Under the pieces are notes generated by a model. That model ran no database searches and had not been told where the DNA came from. It saw only the letters and a list, made by a program, of their open reading frames with translations. Positions 17,621 through 27,569 of a DNA stretch of 64,000 bases are shown here, one piece after another. The DNA comes from a bacterium (lineage in GTDB: Bacteria > Hydrothermota > UBA3073 > JACQXS01 > JAGMCI01). The stretch covers positions 1,271-65,270 of the forward strand of contig JASEGA010000006.1 in the NCBI GenBank assembly GCA_030018315.1. The letters run 5' to 3'. The position numbers were made by a program, and so were the translations under genes. Positions within the stretch are counted from its first letter, which is position 1, and every line of letters starts with the position of its first letter.

Positions 17621-20210
17621 CAGATTAAAGGTTTAATGAGTTTGTAATCTAAATTTTTAAGGTCTATTTTTTCTCCATCCTCAAATTCCACTTCATCAGC
17701 AGATATTCTCTTTATCCACTTTCCTAAAATGTTAGAAAGTGTCTCTGGAACGTCTATGTTTGGATAAAGTTTTGATAAATCCACCTTTACTTTATTATTC
17801 TCATAATCTATTTCTAACGCAGAAAGCATTTTCAAATCCCGCATAAAAACATATTGATTGTATGGGTCTTCATAAGGATTTTCAAATAAATCTGAATCCT
17901 CATATTTCGCTCTCCTTAAAGTATCCTCGTATTGCTCAAGTTCGTAGTATTTGAAAAATCCTCCACCTTGCCAGTTTACTTCTTTGGAGATACCACAAGG
18001 TTCATGATTGCCTTTACCTGCCAACACTTCTTTCATTCTCGGAAGAATAGTATCATAAAAATAGTTGCCCATTTCAATCCCAAGCCATTTCCCCCTAACT
18101 TTTGCATTACTGCGGTGGTCGTTCCAGAACCCAGGAAAAAGTCCAATATTAAATTTCGTTTTTCGTAATTCGATAGCTCCATTACTTTATTAATAAATGC
18201 TTCGGGTTTTTTACCGCTTCCAAAATAAGCAGGACCTTCATATCCAGTTCTATTGAATTCATTAACCATATCAAAATAGTTTGGATAAGGTATCTCTTTG
18301 ATTTCACGTTTATTTACTGGAATCCCTTGAAAATAATCACCATTGTTCCTTTTTGATGACTTATCAGGGATACAAAAATAACGGTAACCTAATCCATCAT
18401 TTCCCATCTCATGAACTTTAAATAAGTAACCTCTATAATTTTCAAAATTCGGTTCGAGATACTTTACATAAAATCTCCCACTAGAATTCCCTTGTCGAAT
18501 AGACCCTCGTATATTGATTCTTTTTAGCTGTTTTTCGCCTGGATTTAGCTGTACAAATTCATATGAACCAGGTTTAAATACCTCCACTTTTTTACTGCTG
18601 AAATTCAGAACTAAATCTGCTCTCTTTTGTTCTTTTACTTGCCAAATGTATTCATTTATTGATGTATTCTCCTTTTTTATTTTTTTAATCATATGATTTT
18701 TACTTTTTCTATAATATAAAAGATTCTCTACAACTTCATGGACTTCCTTGTCACCTTTCAGTATTCTTTCTTCATGTCTAACTTTAATAACAAAATTTGC
18801 CAGGTAATTAGCGTCAGTAAATACCATATCTGTAATATGCTTTAAGTTATAAAGTTCATTTTCATTAATACTTACACAGATATTTCCTGTATCTCTTAGA
18901 AATTCTTTTGCCATTTGTAGCCTATTTAATATCATTGTTAGCCAAGTAGAATGTTGAAACTTGTCTTTATAAATAAATTCATCACTGCCAGTATTATAAG
19001 GCGGGTCAATGTAAATCGTCTGCACCTTTTCTTTAAACTTCGGCAAGATCGTTTGCAATGCTTGATAGTTTTCGCTTTTTATCAGCCAGCCATCTAAGGC
19101 GTTATCTAAATCGTCAAACAAGCCTAAAATTTCAAGTTCTAAATCCTTAAAGTATTTTGTATCAATTGGCAGATGCTGGTATTTAGAATTTAGAGATTCT
19201 TCGCTATCGCTCAGAATGTCAGAAGAGGCGAAGTTATCAGCCACAATCCCTAATTCTTTCCAATCTTTTACCTGTTCATTAAAGTTCTTGTGATTTAATA
19301 TTTTCTCTACAACTTCAATGCTTTTATCTGCTATCTTATCCAGAGTTATCACATAGTTTGAGTTTAAAGCAAACTTTGGCTTATTCCAGATTTTTACAAG
19401 CTCGTCTTCAAATTGAGAAATAAAATTAATTATCTTAAATGCTATATCTTTTAAGGTTTGTAATTGTTTTATCCTTTCTTCTGTCCAATCGCTTTCACCA
19501 GAGAAAACATACTGATAAAGCCAGATATTAAATTGCTCTTTTAAAAATTCTTTTGCATTTTTGTTGATGAAAAAATCTACCTCGCTCTGCTTCTCAAAAA
19601 CTCTAAAAGCATTCTCTAATATATCATCCGTTATTCTTATCCCTTCTTTCTTTAATGTCTTCAAAATCTCATCAATTTTTGTTATCTTACCTCGCTCAGA
19701 ATAAGAAACATTGAAAACAATTATCCCATCATTCCTTTTCTTTTTAAATTCAAAAATTATCTCTTTTTTCTCAAAGGCTTTCTTATGCTCTAATCGTGAG
19801 ACATCAAAGAAGAATTTGAAACCGTCTATTTCTACTTCCAGATTTTTAAACAACCTATCAGTTTTGACATAATAAAGCATATGCGTTTTCCAGAAGAGCA
19901 TCGTATCTTTATCATCGGTATATACATTCTCATAGACATTTTGATGAATTGGGGTATATCTAAAATAAATAGAACCGCTTTCTGAAAAATAACGATTGAA
20001 GAAGGTGTAGAGTTTATCAAAAAGCTCTTCTCTAAATCCTGGAAACGGATTTAATGCCTCTTCTAAGTCCTTTTGAAGTTTTGGAAAGATACCTTTTTCA
20101 TAGTATCTTGATTTAATCCTCATCAAATTGATGTATCCAGATTCTCCTTCTACCTTTGCACCTACAAAGATGTCTTTTAATGCGTTATAGAATTTTTCTT
20201 CCTTAGTCAT
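17614..20210 (-). CDS. Type III R-M Mod N6-adenine DNA methyltransferase, with an apparent 1-bp frameshift in a G5/C5 run (18091-18095)
   Basis: DPPY motif IV (YIDPPYNTGSDEF) precedes the FFLGSGTT AdoMet motif, i.e. beta-class order. The track splits it into 18033-20210 and 17614-18072; G6 instead of G5 would read ...KLGGKWLGIEMGNYFYD... continuously. Confidence 0.8.
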
Positions 20211-20741
20211 TTTTACCTCCTTTTATCATTGCGCCGGGCATTTCATAAACGGATTGCGGATAAGGGAAGTTCAGATTTTCCGAATTTGGCGGAGCGAGGC
20301 ATAGTCGTATGTCCGCTGTTGTCCGAGTGCGATGGCATCGAGCAATCCAAAGGATTGCGAGAGTTCCGAACCCTGCTCATATTTTCCCCTCTTTTTCAAT
20401 GAGAGAGAATATCATTTTAGTTGAAATTCCCTTAATATCTCCTATCTCTTTCAACCTCATATCCATTTTTATATTTTTATCGCCCCTCTCGTCCAATCAC
20501 TCCATTATTTTAATATAATCACTAAAATCCCCTTGTCAAGTTAGAAATTCTTAATACTCCAATTTTTCTCATTCCTTAAAAATCAGCATATACAAGGAGC
20601 AAACTCCATAATCTCCTGCACCTCCAGTATTTAGATTTTAGGAGATACCTCATAAATTTCAACTAAAATTAGCACACCTTCTGGTTTCTATGTCAACTAC
20701 TTCAAAATTGTCCGCCTCTTTTTCTTCTTCAGCATGGCGTG

Positions 20742-20993
20742 TCAACTCATAGTGACCGCCTCGTATTTTCTCTCTTTAAGACTCCGTGCCTGCACCTCAA
20801 GATGCTTATACCGCTCAAAATCTGCAATATCCTCAACTACTCCTTCTTTCCATTTATACCTCCTTTTACTCAAACATATTAACAAAATTTCGTGAAGAGA
20901 AAACTTAGAGGTCTCACCTTTAATCCACACATCACTATCATTTTCTTGCTTCGTCATTCGACATTCGCCCTGAATCAAGTTCAGGGTCGTCAT
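20742..20993 (-). CDS. small hypothetical ORF coupled to the MCM stop (TAATG); doubtful
   Basis: 83 aa with no motif. Its 5' region overlaps a hairpin/heptamer-repeat element (20949-20986), so it may be non-coding. Confidence 0.25.
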   Translation of the reverse strand: MTTLNLIQGECRMTKQENDSDVWIKGETSKFSLHEILLICLSKRRYKWKEGVVEDIADFERYKHLEVQARSLKERKYEAVTMS

Positions 20994-22576
20994 TAAAACA
21001 CAAACTTCTCTTTGTATTCACCAAACACTTCCCTTAATACACTACAGATCTCACCCAATGTAGCGTAGCACTTGACACAGTCAATGATTGGTTCCATAAG
21101 GTTGCCATTATCTTCTGTTGAACCTCTGCCCTGAGCAGAGCGAAGGGAAAGTGAAGCATCTCGAAGAGTCTTTAAAGATGCATTCACTTTACGATTATCC
21201 CTTGTTGACTTCAACTTTTTTAGTCTTACTATCTGCTCTTCTCTTACCTTTGGGTCTACTTTCAGTATATTTTTAGTGTAGTCCTCTTCACCTTCTACAA
21301 ATCTGTTAACCCCAACAACTACTTTTTTACCACTCTCAATTGCTTTCTGGTATTCATACGCACTATTATGAATTTCATGCTGAAAGTAACCAATCTCAAC
21401 TGCCTTTAAGGCGCCACCAATTGAGTCTATCTTGTTTATATACTCCATAGCTTTTGCTTCAATATCTTTAGTAAGCGATTCTATATAATAAGAACCACCA
21501 AGTGGGTCAATAGTGTTAGGGACACCGCTCTCATATGCAATTAGCTGCTGTGTCCTCAATGCAAGCCTAACCGCTTCTTCACTTGGCAATGCGAGTGCCT
21601 CATCCATTGAATTAGTATGTAAACTCTGTGTGCCACCAAGAACAGCAGCAAGTGATTGGAATGCAACTCTTACAGCATTGTTTTCGGGCTGCTGAGCAGT
21701 CAATGTACAGCCGGCAGTCTGGGCATGAAATCTCAGCATCCATGACTTTGGGTCTTTAGCATTAAATCTTTCCTTCATTATCTTTGCCCATAGCCGCCTG
21801 GCAGCACGAAATTTAGCTATCTCTTCAAAGAAATCGTTGTGTGCATTAAAGAAGAATGATAGCCTTGGTGCAAATGAGTCTACGGTAAGCCCACGCGCAA
21901 TAGCTGCCTCTACATAAGCTATAGCATTAGCAAGTGTAAATGCAAGCTCCTGTACTGCAGTTGCACCTGCCTCTCTTATATGATAACCGGAGATTGAGAT
22001 TGTATTCCATTTAGGTAAATATTTACTACAATACTCAAATATATCTATTGTAAGCCGCATTGATGGGACAGGTGGAAATATATATGTGCCACGTGCAATG
22101 TATTCCTTTAATATATCATTTTGAACAGTGCCCGAAAGTAGCTCCCTTGATACACCTTGCTTATTAGCGACTGCTATATACATTGCAAGTAGTATAGGAG
22201 CAGTTGAATTTATTGTCATTGAAGTGCTTACTTTATCAAGAGGGATGCCATCAAATAAAGCCTCCATATCCAAAAGTGAATCAATAGCGACACCAGTTTT
22301 ACCAACTTCTCCCTCAGAAAGTGGATGGTCTGAGTCGTAACCCATCTGAGTCGGTAAATCAAATGCTACTGATAGCCCTGTCTGTCCCTGTGCAAGTAAA
22401 TATTTATATCGCTTATTAGACTCCTTTGCACTCGCATAGCCAGCATACTGACGTATAGTCCATAGTCTACCACGATACATATTAGGATAAATACCACGTG
22501 TAAATGGATACTCACCAGGAAACCCAATGTCCCTTAAGTAATCTAAATCTTTTATATGTTTAGGAGTGTATAACAT
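20993..22576 (-). CDS. methylmalonyl-CoA mutase-family large subunit (catalytic TIM-barrel domain, split type), with an in-frame family-B element insertion near the C-terminus
   Basis: 527 aa with [23 protein letters not shown] and [14 protein letters not shown]. The extra ~15-17 aa [15 protein letters not shown](NG) near the C-terminus are absent from the paralog at 30172-31785. Confidence 0.9.
   Translation of the reverse strand: MLYTPKHIKDLDYLRDIGFPGEYPFTRGIYPNMYRGRLWTIRQYAGYASAKESNKRYKYLLAQGQTGLSVAFDLPTQMGYDSDHPLSEGEVGKTGVAIDSLLDMEALFDGIPLDKVSTSMTINSTAPILLAMYIAVANKQGVSRELLSGTVQNDILKEYIARGTYIFPPVPSMRLTIDIFEYCSKYLPKWNTISISGYHIREAGATAVQELAFTLANAIAYVEAAIARGLTVDSFAPRLSFFFNAHNDFFEEIAKFRAARRLWAKIMKERFNAKDPKSWMLRFHAQTAGCTLTAQQPENNAVRVAFQSLAAVLGGTQSLHTNSMDEALALPSEEAVRLALRTQQLIAYESGVPNTIDPLGGSYYIESLTKDIEAKAMEYINKIDSIGGALKAVEIGYFQHEIHNSAYEYQKAIESGKKVVVGVNRFVEGEEDYTKNILKVDPKVREEQIVRLKKLKSTRDNRKVNASLKTLRDASLSLRSAQGRGSTEDNGNLMEPIIDCVKCYATLGEICSVLREVFGEYKEKFVF
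21124..21168. repeat. family-B palindromic element (reverse orientation), in frame within the MCM CDS
   Basis: ctctgccctgagcagagcgaagggaaagtgaagcatctcgaagag. It shares GAGATGCTTCAC and GCCCTGAGC modules with 31797-31875 and 40361-40415. Confidence 0.75.
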
Positions 22577-22577
22577 T

Positions 22578-22605
22578 GAAAGTCTAAAAGTTCTTAACTT
22601 TTGAG
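22578..22605 (-). promoter_or_regulatory. AGTCTAAAAG motif site F4 (inverted orientation), between the four-helix gene and the MCM start
   Basis: gaaagtctaaaagttcttaacttttgag. Confidence 0.4.
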
Positions 22606-22946
22606 ATTAACACATTTAACATTTTTATTATTTCATTTAACAAAGCTATCTGGTCTCTCACTATACTCTTATCAAGAAAACTAACCTCCCTACATTTAAT
22701 ATACCAATCTCGACTCTCGGTAGCTTCCCCTTTTGCCACTCCTAAGTGATAACTAAATTCTTTACGACTTTTTCTACCAAACTCCTCTGCTATGTTAGCA
22801 CTGATAGAACCGACAGCTGATATAAGTTGATTAGCAATTATCTTTGCCGCAACAGTTGCTGGAAACTTCTCAACATCTTTAACAGCAAGGGCAAACAGTT
22901 CCACAGCCTTCTGCTAGACAACTAAGTCCTGAAACTTTCTCACCCT
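22584..22946 (-). CDS. four-helix-bundle protein (PF05635 / 23S rRNA-IVS family), with an in-frame TAG at the conserved Trp codon
   Basis: The upstream extension reads [23 protein letters not shown]...; the family consensus is LxVWQKA, so TGG appears changed to TAG. The track ORF restarts at a CTG at 22904. Confidence 0.55.
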
Positions 22947-22952
22947 CTCCAT

Positions 22953-22980
22953 ACTTTTAGACTCTTAGACTCTTATTCTA
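22953..22980 (-). promoter_or_regulatory. TTTTAGACT motif site F5, upstream of the four-helix-bundle gene
   Basis: acttttagactcttagactcttattcta. Confidence 0.5.
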
Positions 22981-23467
22981 TTATTACTAATGTATCGCCC
23001 CCATTTACCGTCATCCCCTGTTTGACAAGTACCTGCTTAACAAGCCCATCTCTTGGTGCCTTCATCTCATTTTGCATCTTCATCGCCTCAACTATCAAAA
23101 GACCACTACCCGCTTTTACTGTATCACCTGGCTTTACCCCTACTTCTATAACTAACCCTGGCATGGGAGCAGTGACCTTAACTTCACCAACATGAGTAAT
23201 CTCAGGCTTGAGTTTAGTGAGTGCTTGTACTTGCTCATCCTCAACACTTACCTTGAATCTCTCACCATCTACCGAAATAGTATTCTCATCCTCAATAATA
23301 ACATCATACGACTTGTTATCAACTATCAGTGATAAATGTGAATTACTGCCAACCTCCACAACAGTAGCTTTCATAGGCTTGTTATCTATATAAACTTTGA
23401 ATCCATTACCTTCTTTTTCTAACTCAACTTTGAACTCCTTATCATCAACTTTAGCAATATATGCCAT
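22973..23467 (-). CDS. biotin carboxyl carrier / biotinyl-domain subunit
   Basis: C-terminal EAMKM biotinylation motif (VEAMKMQNEM) plus a ~90-aa N-terminal extension. Confidence 0.85.
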   Translation of the reverse strand: MAYIAKVDDKEFKVELEKEGNGFKVYIDNKPMKATVVEVGSNSHLSLIVDNKSYDVIIEDENTISVDGERFKVSVEDEQVQALTKLKPEITHVGEVKVTAPMPGLVIEVGVKPGDTVKAGSGLLIVEAMKMQNEMKAPRDGLVKQVLVKQGMTVNGGDTLVIIE

Positions 23468-23480
23468 TTATACTGTCTTA

Positions 23481-23511
23481 CTTTTAGACTATTAGACTTT
23501 TAGTCTATTAT
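23481..23511 (-). promoter_or_regulatory. TTTTAGACT motif site F6, upstream of the biotin carrier gene
   Basis: acttttagactattagacttttagtctatta. Confidence 0.5.
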
Positions 23512-25010
23512 CACATCTTTCTCAATTCTGCCTGCCTCGCTGCAAACTTCCATGCACTGTAACGGGATTCGGATACTTTTGGGATAACTGAAACTTTCTT
23601 CTCTTTTAATGTCATCGCAATGGTTGCCCCTATAGCGGCAATGGGCTGGTTTGTCTTCTTTAATTCTGTGCTACCAAGCATCTTATCTACAAATGTTGTA
23701 TTATACTCACCACTTATAAAATATTGATTATTCATTACAAGCTGATGAAATGGTATACTTGTCTTAATCCCTATTATCTTATATTCAGAGAGTGCTCTCC
23801 TCATCCTTGATATAGATTCATCTCTCGTAGGTGCCCATACAAGTAACTTTGCAATCAACGGGTCATAAAACATAGGAACTTCAAATCCAGCAAATACTCC
23901 ACTATCTACTCTAACACCAGGTCCATTAGGCTCTATTAACTCAACTATTTTACCAGTTGATGGCATAAAGTTATTATCCGGGTCCTCAGCAGTTATCCTG
24001 CACTCTATAGCTGCACCTGATAATTTTACATCCTCTTGCTTAATTGATAGACGCTCACCTGCTGCTATCTTAAGCTGCTCCTTTACAATATCTATTCCGG
24101 TGACAAGCTCAGTTACAGGATGCTCAACCTGTAGCCTTGTATTCATCTCAAGGAAGTAGAAGTTCCTGTCTTTGTCTACCATAAACTCAACTGTCCCCGC
24201 ATTTGTATAACCTGACGCCTTAACTGCCTTGACTGCAGCAGCACCCATCTTAGCTCTAAGCTCTTTAGTCATCAAAGGTGAAGGCGACTCCTCTACTAAC
24301 TTCTGATACCTACGCTGAATAGAACACTCACGCTCACATAGATGGACTGCATTCCCATAGTTATCGGCAAGTATTTGAAACTCTATATGACGAGGAGAGT
24401 CAAGATACTTCTCAATATATATTGTTGGATTACCAAATGCAGACTTGGCTTCTGACATCGCTTGCTTCATAGCTGGCTTAAGCTCAGACTCAGACTTCAC
24501 TACCCTCATCCCTTTGCCACCACCACCAGCAGCCGCTTTTATAAGAACAGGAAAACCTACTTCATTCACAACCTTAATGGCTTCAGCTTCACTTGTAAGC
24601 CCTTTACTGGAACCGGGAGTCACAGGCACTTTAGCTTTAGTTATCGTCTTCCTTGCTTCAATTTTATCACCAAGTAGCCTTATAGCTTTGGAGTTGGGAC
24701 CAATGAATATTATATTATGAGACTCACAAGCCTCTGCAAAATATTCGTTTTCAGCTAGAAAACCATAACCTGGATGAATAGCGTCAGCATCCGTCTTCTT
24801 AGCTACTTCTATAATCTTGTCTATCTTAAGGTAGCTCTCAGCTGCAGGTGCCGGCCCTATCTCATATGCCTCATCTGCATACCTTGTATGCAATGCACTC
24901 CTGTCAGCTTCTGAATAAACTGTAGCTGTAAGTATACCAAGCTCCTTACACGCCCTAAGTACCCTTATTGCAATCTCACCACGATTCGCTACTAAAACCT
25001 TCCTAATCAT
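23511..25010 (-). CDS. biotin carboxylase subunit (acetyl/propionyl-CoA carboxylase or pyruvate carboxylase A-type)
   Basis: 499 aa; MIRKVLVANRGEIAIRV..., an ATP-grasp fold, GGGGKGMR. Confidence 0.92.
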   Translation of the reverse strand: MIRKVLVANRGEIAIRVLRACKELGILTATVYSEADRSALHTRYADEAYEIGPAPAAESYLKIDKIIEVAKKTDADAIHPGYGFLAENEYFAEACESHNIIFIGPNSKAIRLLGDKIEARKTITKAKVPVTPGSSKGLTSEAEAIKVVNEVGFPVLIKAAAGGGGKGMRVVKSESELKPAMKQAMSEAKSAFGNPTIYIEKYLDSPRHIEFQILADNYGNAVHLCERECSIQRRYQKLVEESPSPLMTKELRAKMGAAAVKAVKASGYTNAGTVEFMVDKDRNFYFLEMNTRLQVEHPVTELVTGIDIVKEQLKIAAGERLSIKQEDVKLSGAAIECRITAEDPDNNFMPSTGKIVELIEPNGPGVRVDSGVFAGFEVPMFYDPLIAKLLVWAPTRDESISRMRRALSEYKIIGIKTSIPFHQLVMNNQYFISGEYNTTFVDKMLGSTELKKTNQPIAAIGATIAMTLKEKKVSVIPKVSESRYSAWKFAARQAELRKM

Positions 25011-25020
25011 TTTTCTTCGT

Positions 25021-25059
25021 TTCCTAATTTCTAATTCCTATTTTCCAATTTCTATTTCC
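25021..25059. repeat. iterated TTTCTAATTCC-like motif upstream of the biotin carboxylase start
   Basis: tcctaatttctaattcctattttccaatttctatttccc: four imperfect ~10-nt iterations. Confidence 0.4.
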
Positions 25060-25130
25060 CAAACTATACACTCACTACTCCTCAAATGTCAAGCTTTTTC
25101 CACCCTTCTTTAATCACAAGATGACAACAA

Positions 25131-25226
25131 AATTGTCATTGTGAGCCCCAACAACGGCGGGGCGTGGCAATCTCATCAGTTAGAGAAAAATGAGATTGCT
25201 TCGTTTCACTCGCAATGACATTTCTG
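25131..25226. repeat. MITE-like element with ~12-bp terminal inverted repeats (TTGTCATTGTGAGC ... GCTCGCAATGACA); family C
   Basis: The arms GTCATTGTGAG / CTCGCAATGAC match at 10 of 11 positions. The internal GAGATTGCTTCG...CTCGCAATGACATTT module recurs at 53868-53900 and, diverged, at 31995-32025. Confidence 0.5.
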
Positions 25227-25388
25227 GTGAAATCCCGTGGTTCACCACGACCTTCACGGTTCGACTGAGCTCACCGAAGTTCGGTTAGTTTTACAGAGAG
25301 GCGCTTGGGCCATGTGCTGTCAGTTTCGGCATCAGGTTTGATTCAGGAAGTGGCGAGGTCTATTTTGCGAAAGGCACAGTTATAGGAA

Positions 25389-25670
25389 TTGAAGAAAGCA
25401 AATCCCAAATCCAAAATATCCGCAGGATCCTGTGGATTGGAGGCATATCCTAATCCATTTAGGGATAAAACAGTGATTAGGGTTCAGGGATTAGGTAGGG
25501 GTTTGATTAATCAAACCCCTACACTACAAATTTATGATTTAGCTGGCAGAATAGTTAAGTCGTTCCCACTAATCACTAGCCACTTATCACTATCCACTGC
25601 TGTTTACTGGGACGGAAGTGATAACGATGGCAAGAAGCTCGGTACCGGAAAAATGCTAATTTTGAGATAG
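25389..25670 (+). pseudogene. orphan T9SS C-terminal sorting-domain fragment, a duplicate of the CTD of 27570-28121
   Basis: AYPNPFRDKTVIRVQGLGRGLINQTPTLQIYDLAGRIVKSFPLI... is ~85-90% identical at the nucleotide level to the reverse complement of 27640-27850. It has no cargo domain and starts at a TTG. Confidence 0.45.
25496..25521. repeat. perfect 26-bp palindrome TAGGGGTTTGATTAATCAAACCCCTA inside T9SS CTD coding sequence
   Basis: Self-complementary; a second exact copy lies at 27764-27789. It encodes GLINQTP. Confidence 0.8.
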
Positions 25671-25768
25671 ACCTCTGGTTAGCTGTCTATAAAAGTTTTT
25701 TCAGTTCACACAGTTGAACTCTAAGAACTTAATATAATCTTACATTTTGATACTTTATTTTTGAATTT

Positions 25769-27319
25769 TCATAACGGTATATTACCGTGCTTTCTTGCCG
25801 GATTTGTATCACGCTTGTTATCAGTTAACTCAAGTGCCTCAATTAGACGTGGCCTTGTATCCCTTGGCCTTATGACTTCGTCTATGTAGCCCTTACTCGC
25901 AGTTATGTATGGGTTAGCAAACTTCTCAGTATAATCAGATACAAGTTTACTCTCTAATGCTTTTGGGTCTTTAGCTTCTTTCAGCTCTTTTCTATAAAGT
26001 ATCTTAACTGCACCCTCGGGTCCCATAACTGCTATCTCACCAGTTGGCCATGCAAAGTTGACATCTGCCCTTGTATGCTTTGAACTCATAACACAGTATG
26101 CACCACCATAAGCTTTACGCGTTATCACAGTCATCCTTGGTACAGTTGCTTCACAGAATGCATAAAGGAGCTTAGCACCATTCTTTATTACACCACCCCA
26201 CTCCTGAGCAGTTCCTGGAAGGAAACCTGGCACATCTACAAATGTAACAATTGGTATATTAAAGCAGTCACAAAATCTGACAAACCTTGCCCCTTTTATT
26301 GCCGAATTTATATCAAGCACACCTGCAAGTACTGATGGCTGGTTTGCTACTATTCCTACAGACCTACCACCAAGTCTTGCAAACCCAATAATAATATTTT
26401 TAGCAAAGTGCGGTTGGACTTCAAAGAAGTCACCATCATCTACTACCTTTCTTATTATCTCGCTCATATCATAAGGCTTTATAGGACTATCTGGTACAAT
26501 ATTATCAAGTGCATCATCTATACGGTTCGGATCATCTCTACACTCAACTAAAGGTGGGTCTTCAAGATTATTTTGTGGTATATAGCTGAACAGCTTTTTA
26601 ATTAACTCTATACACTCCACTTCACTCTCTGCTGCAAAGTGCGCAACACCAGATTTCTCATTGTGGACCATAGCACCACCAAGCTCCTGAAATGTCACAT
26701 CCTCATGTGTAGCTGCCTTCACAACATCAGGGCCTGTCAAAAACATATAAGAAGTCTCCTTTACCATAAATACAAAGTCAGTTATAGCAGGTGAATAAAC
26801 TGCACCACCCGCACACGGTCCCATAATAGCAGAAATCTGTGGCACTACACCTGATGCAAGCACATTGCGTAAGAATACATCTGTGTAGCCTGCAAGACTA
26901 TCTACACCTTCCTGAATACGAGCACCACCTGAATCCTTTATCCCAATAATTGGACAGCCATTTTTCATCGCCATATCCTGTAGCTTACATATCTTTTCAG
27001 CATAAGCCTTAGAAAGTGAGCCACCAAATACAGTGAAGTCTTCCGAGAATATATACACTAACCTACCATTTATTTTGCCATAGCCAGTAACAACACCATC
27101 CCCGGGTATCTTTTTCTTGTCCATATCAAAGTCAGTACAGCGATGAGTGACAAACATATCAGTTTCTCTAAAACTGCCTTTATCAAGCAATAGGTCTATC
27201 CGCTCCCTTGCAGTAAGTTTACCAGCGGAATGTTGTTTATCTATTCTCTCTTTGCCACCACCAAGTAGAGCCTGCTTCTTAAACTCATCAAGCTCTTTAA
27301 GTTTATCATTTTCTTTCAT
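25769..27319 (-). CDS. acyl-CoA carboxyltransferase (propionyl-CoA carboxylase beta / methylmalonyl-CoA decarboxylase alpha type)
   Basis: 516 aa; the carboxyltransferase N- and C-domains are intact (GGARIQEG...; ...GGAYCVM...). Confidence 0.9.
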   Translation of the reverse strand: MKENDKLKELDEFKKQALLGGGKERIDKQHSAGKLTARERIDLLLDKGSFRETDMFVTHRCTDFDMDKKKIPGDGVVTGYGKINGRLVYIFSEDFTVFGGSLSKAYAEKICKLQDMAMKNGCPIIGIKDSGGARIQEGVDSLAGYTDVFLRNVLASGVVPQISAIMGPCAGGAVYSPAITDFVFMVKETSYMFLTGPDVVKAATHEDVTFQELGGAMVHNEKSGVAHFAAESEVECIELIKKLFSYIPQNNLEDPPLVECRDDPNRIDDALDNIVPDSPIKPYDMSEIIRKVVDDGDFFEVQPHFAKNIIIGFARLGGRSVGIVANQPSVLAGVLDINSAIKGARFVRFCDCFNIPIVTFVDVPGFLPGTAQEWGGVIKNGAKLLYAFCEATVPRMTVITRKAYGGAYCVMSSKHTRADVNFAWPTGEIAVMGPEGAVKILYRKELKEAKDPKALESKLVSDYTEKFANPYITASKGYIDEVIRPRDTRPRLIEALELTDNKRDTNPARKHGNIPL

Positions 27320-27569
27320 AATCCCCCCTTAATATAACCACATTTAATATCATTGGATTATTTGCATAGTTCAAAATACAGCTCCTGATTTTTAGTACAT
27401 ATAGTCACAAAATATGCACCAGCTTGAGAATAGTCATACTCCTTTAGCCTAATGGACCGCCGTTTGTATTTTGTAGAATTCACTATATTTTTGCCTCCAT
27501 TATTACAGAGTCAAATAGAAAGCAATTTAAGTTTACCTTCCTCTTTATGCCAACTTTTGAGTTTTAGTA

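Noticed and set aside
18091-18095. Calling the mod poly-G tract a proven phase-variation switch
   Set aside because: G5 is short for slipped-strand switching. Identical homopolymer deletions occur in many unrelated genes of this window, so sequencing error is the more parsimonious explanation. It is kept only as a low-probability alternative.
20309-20518. 69-aa plus-strand ORF in the noncoding tract upstream of mod
   Set aside because: No RBS or motif; the region is better described as noncoding, see the finding.
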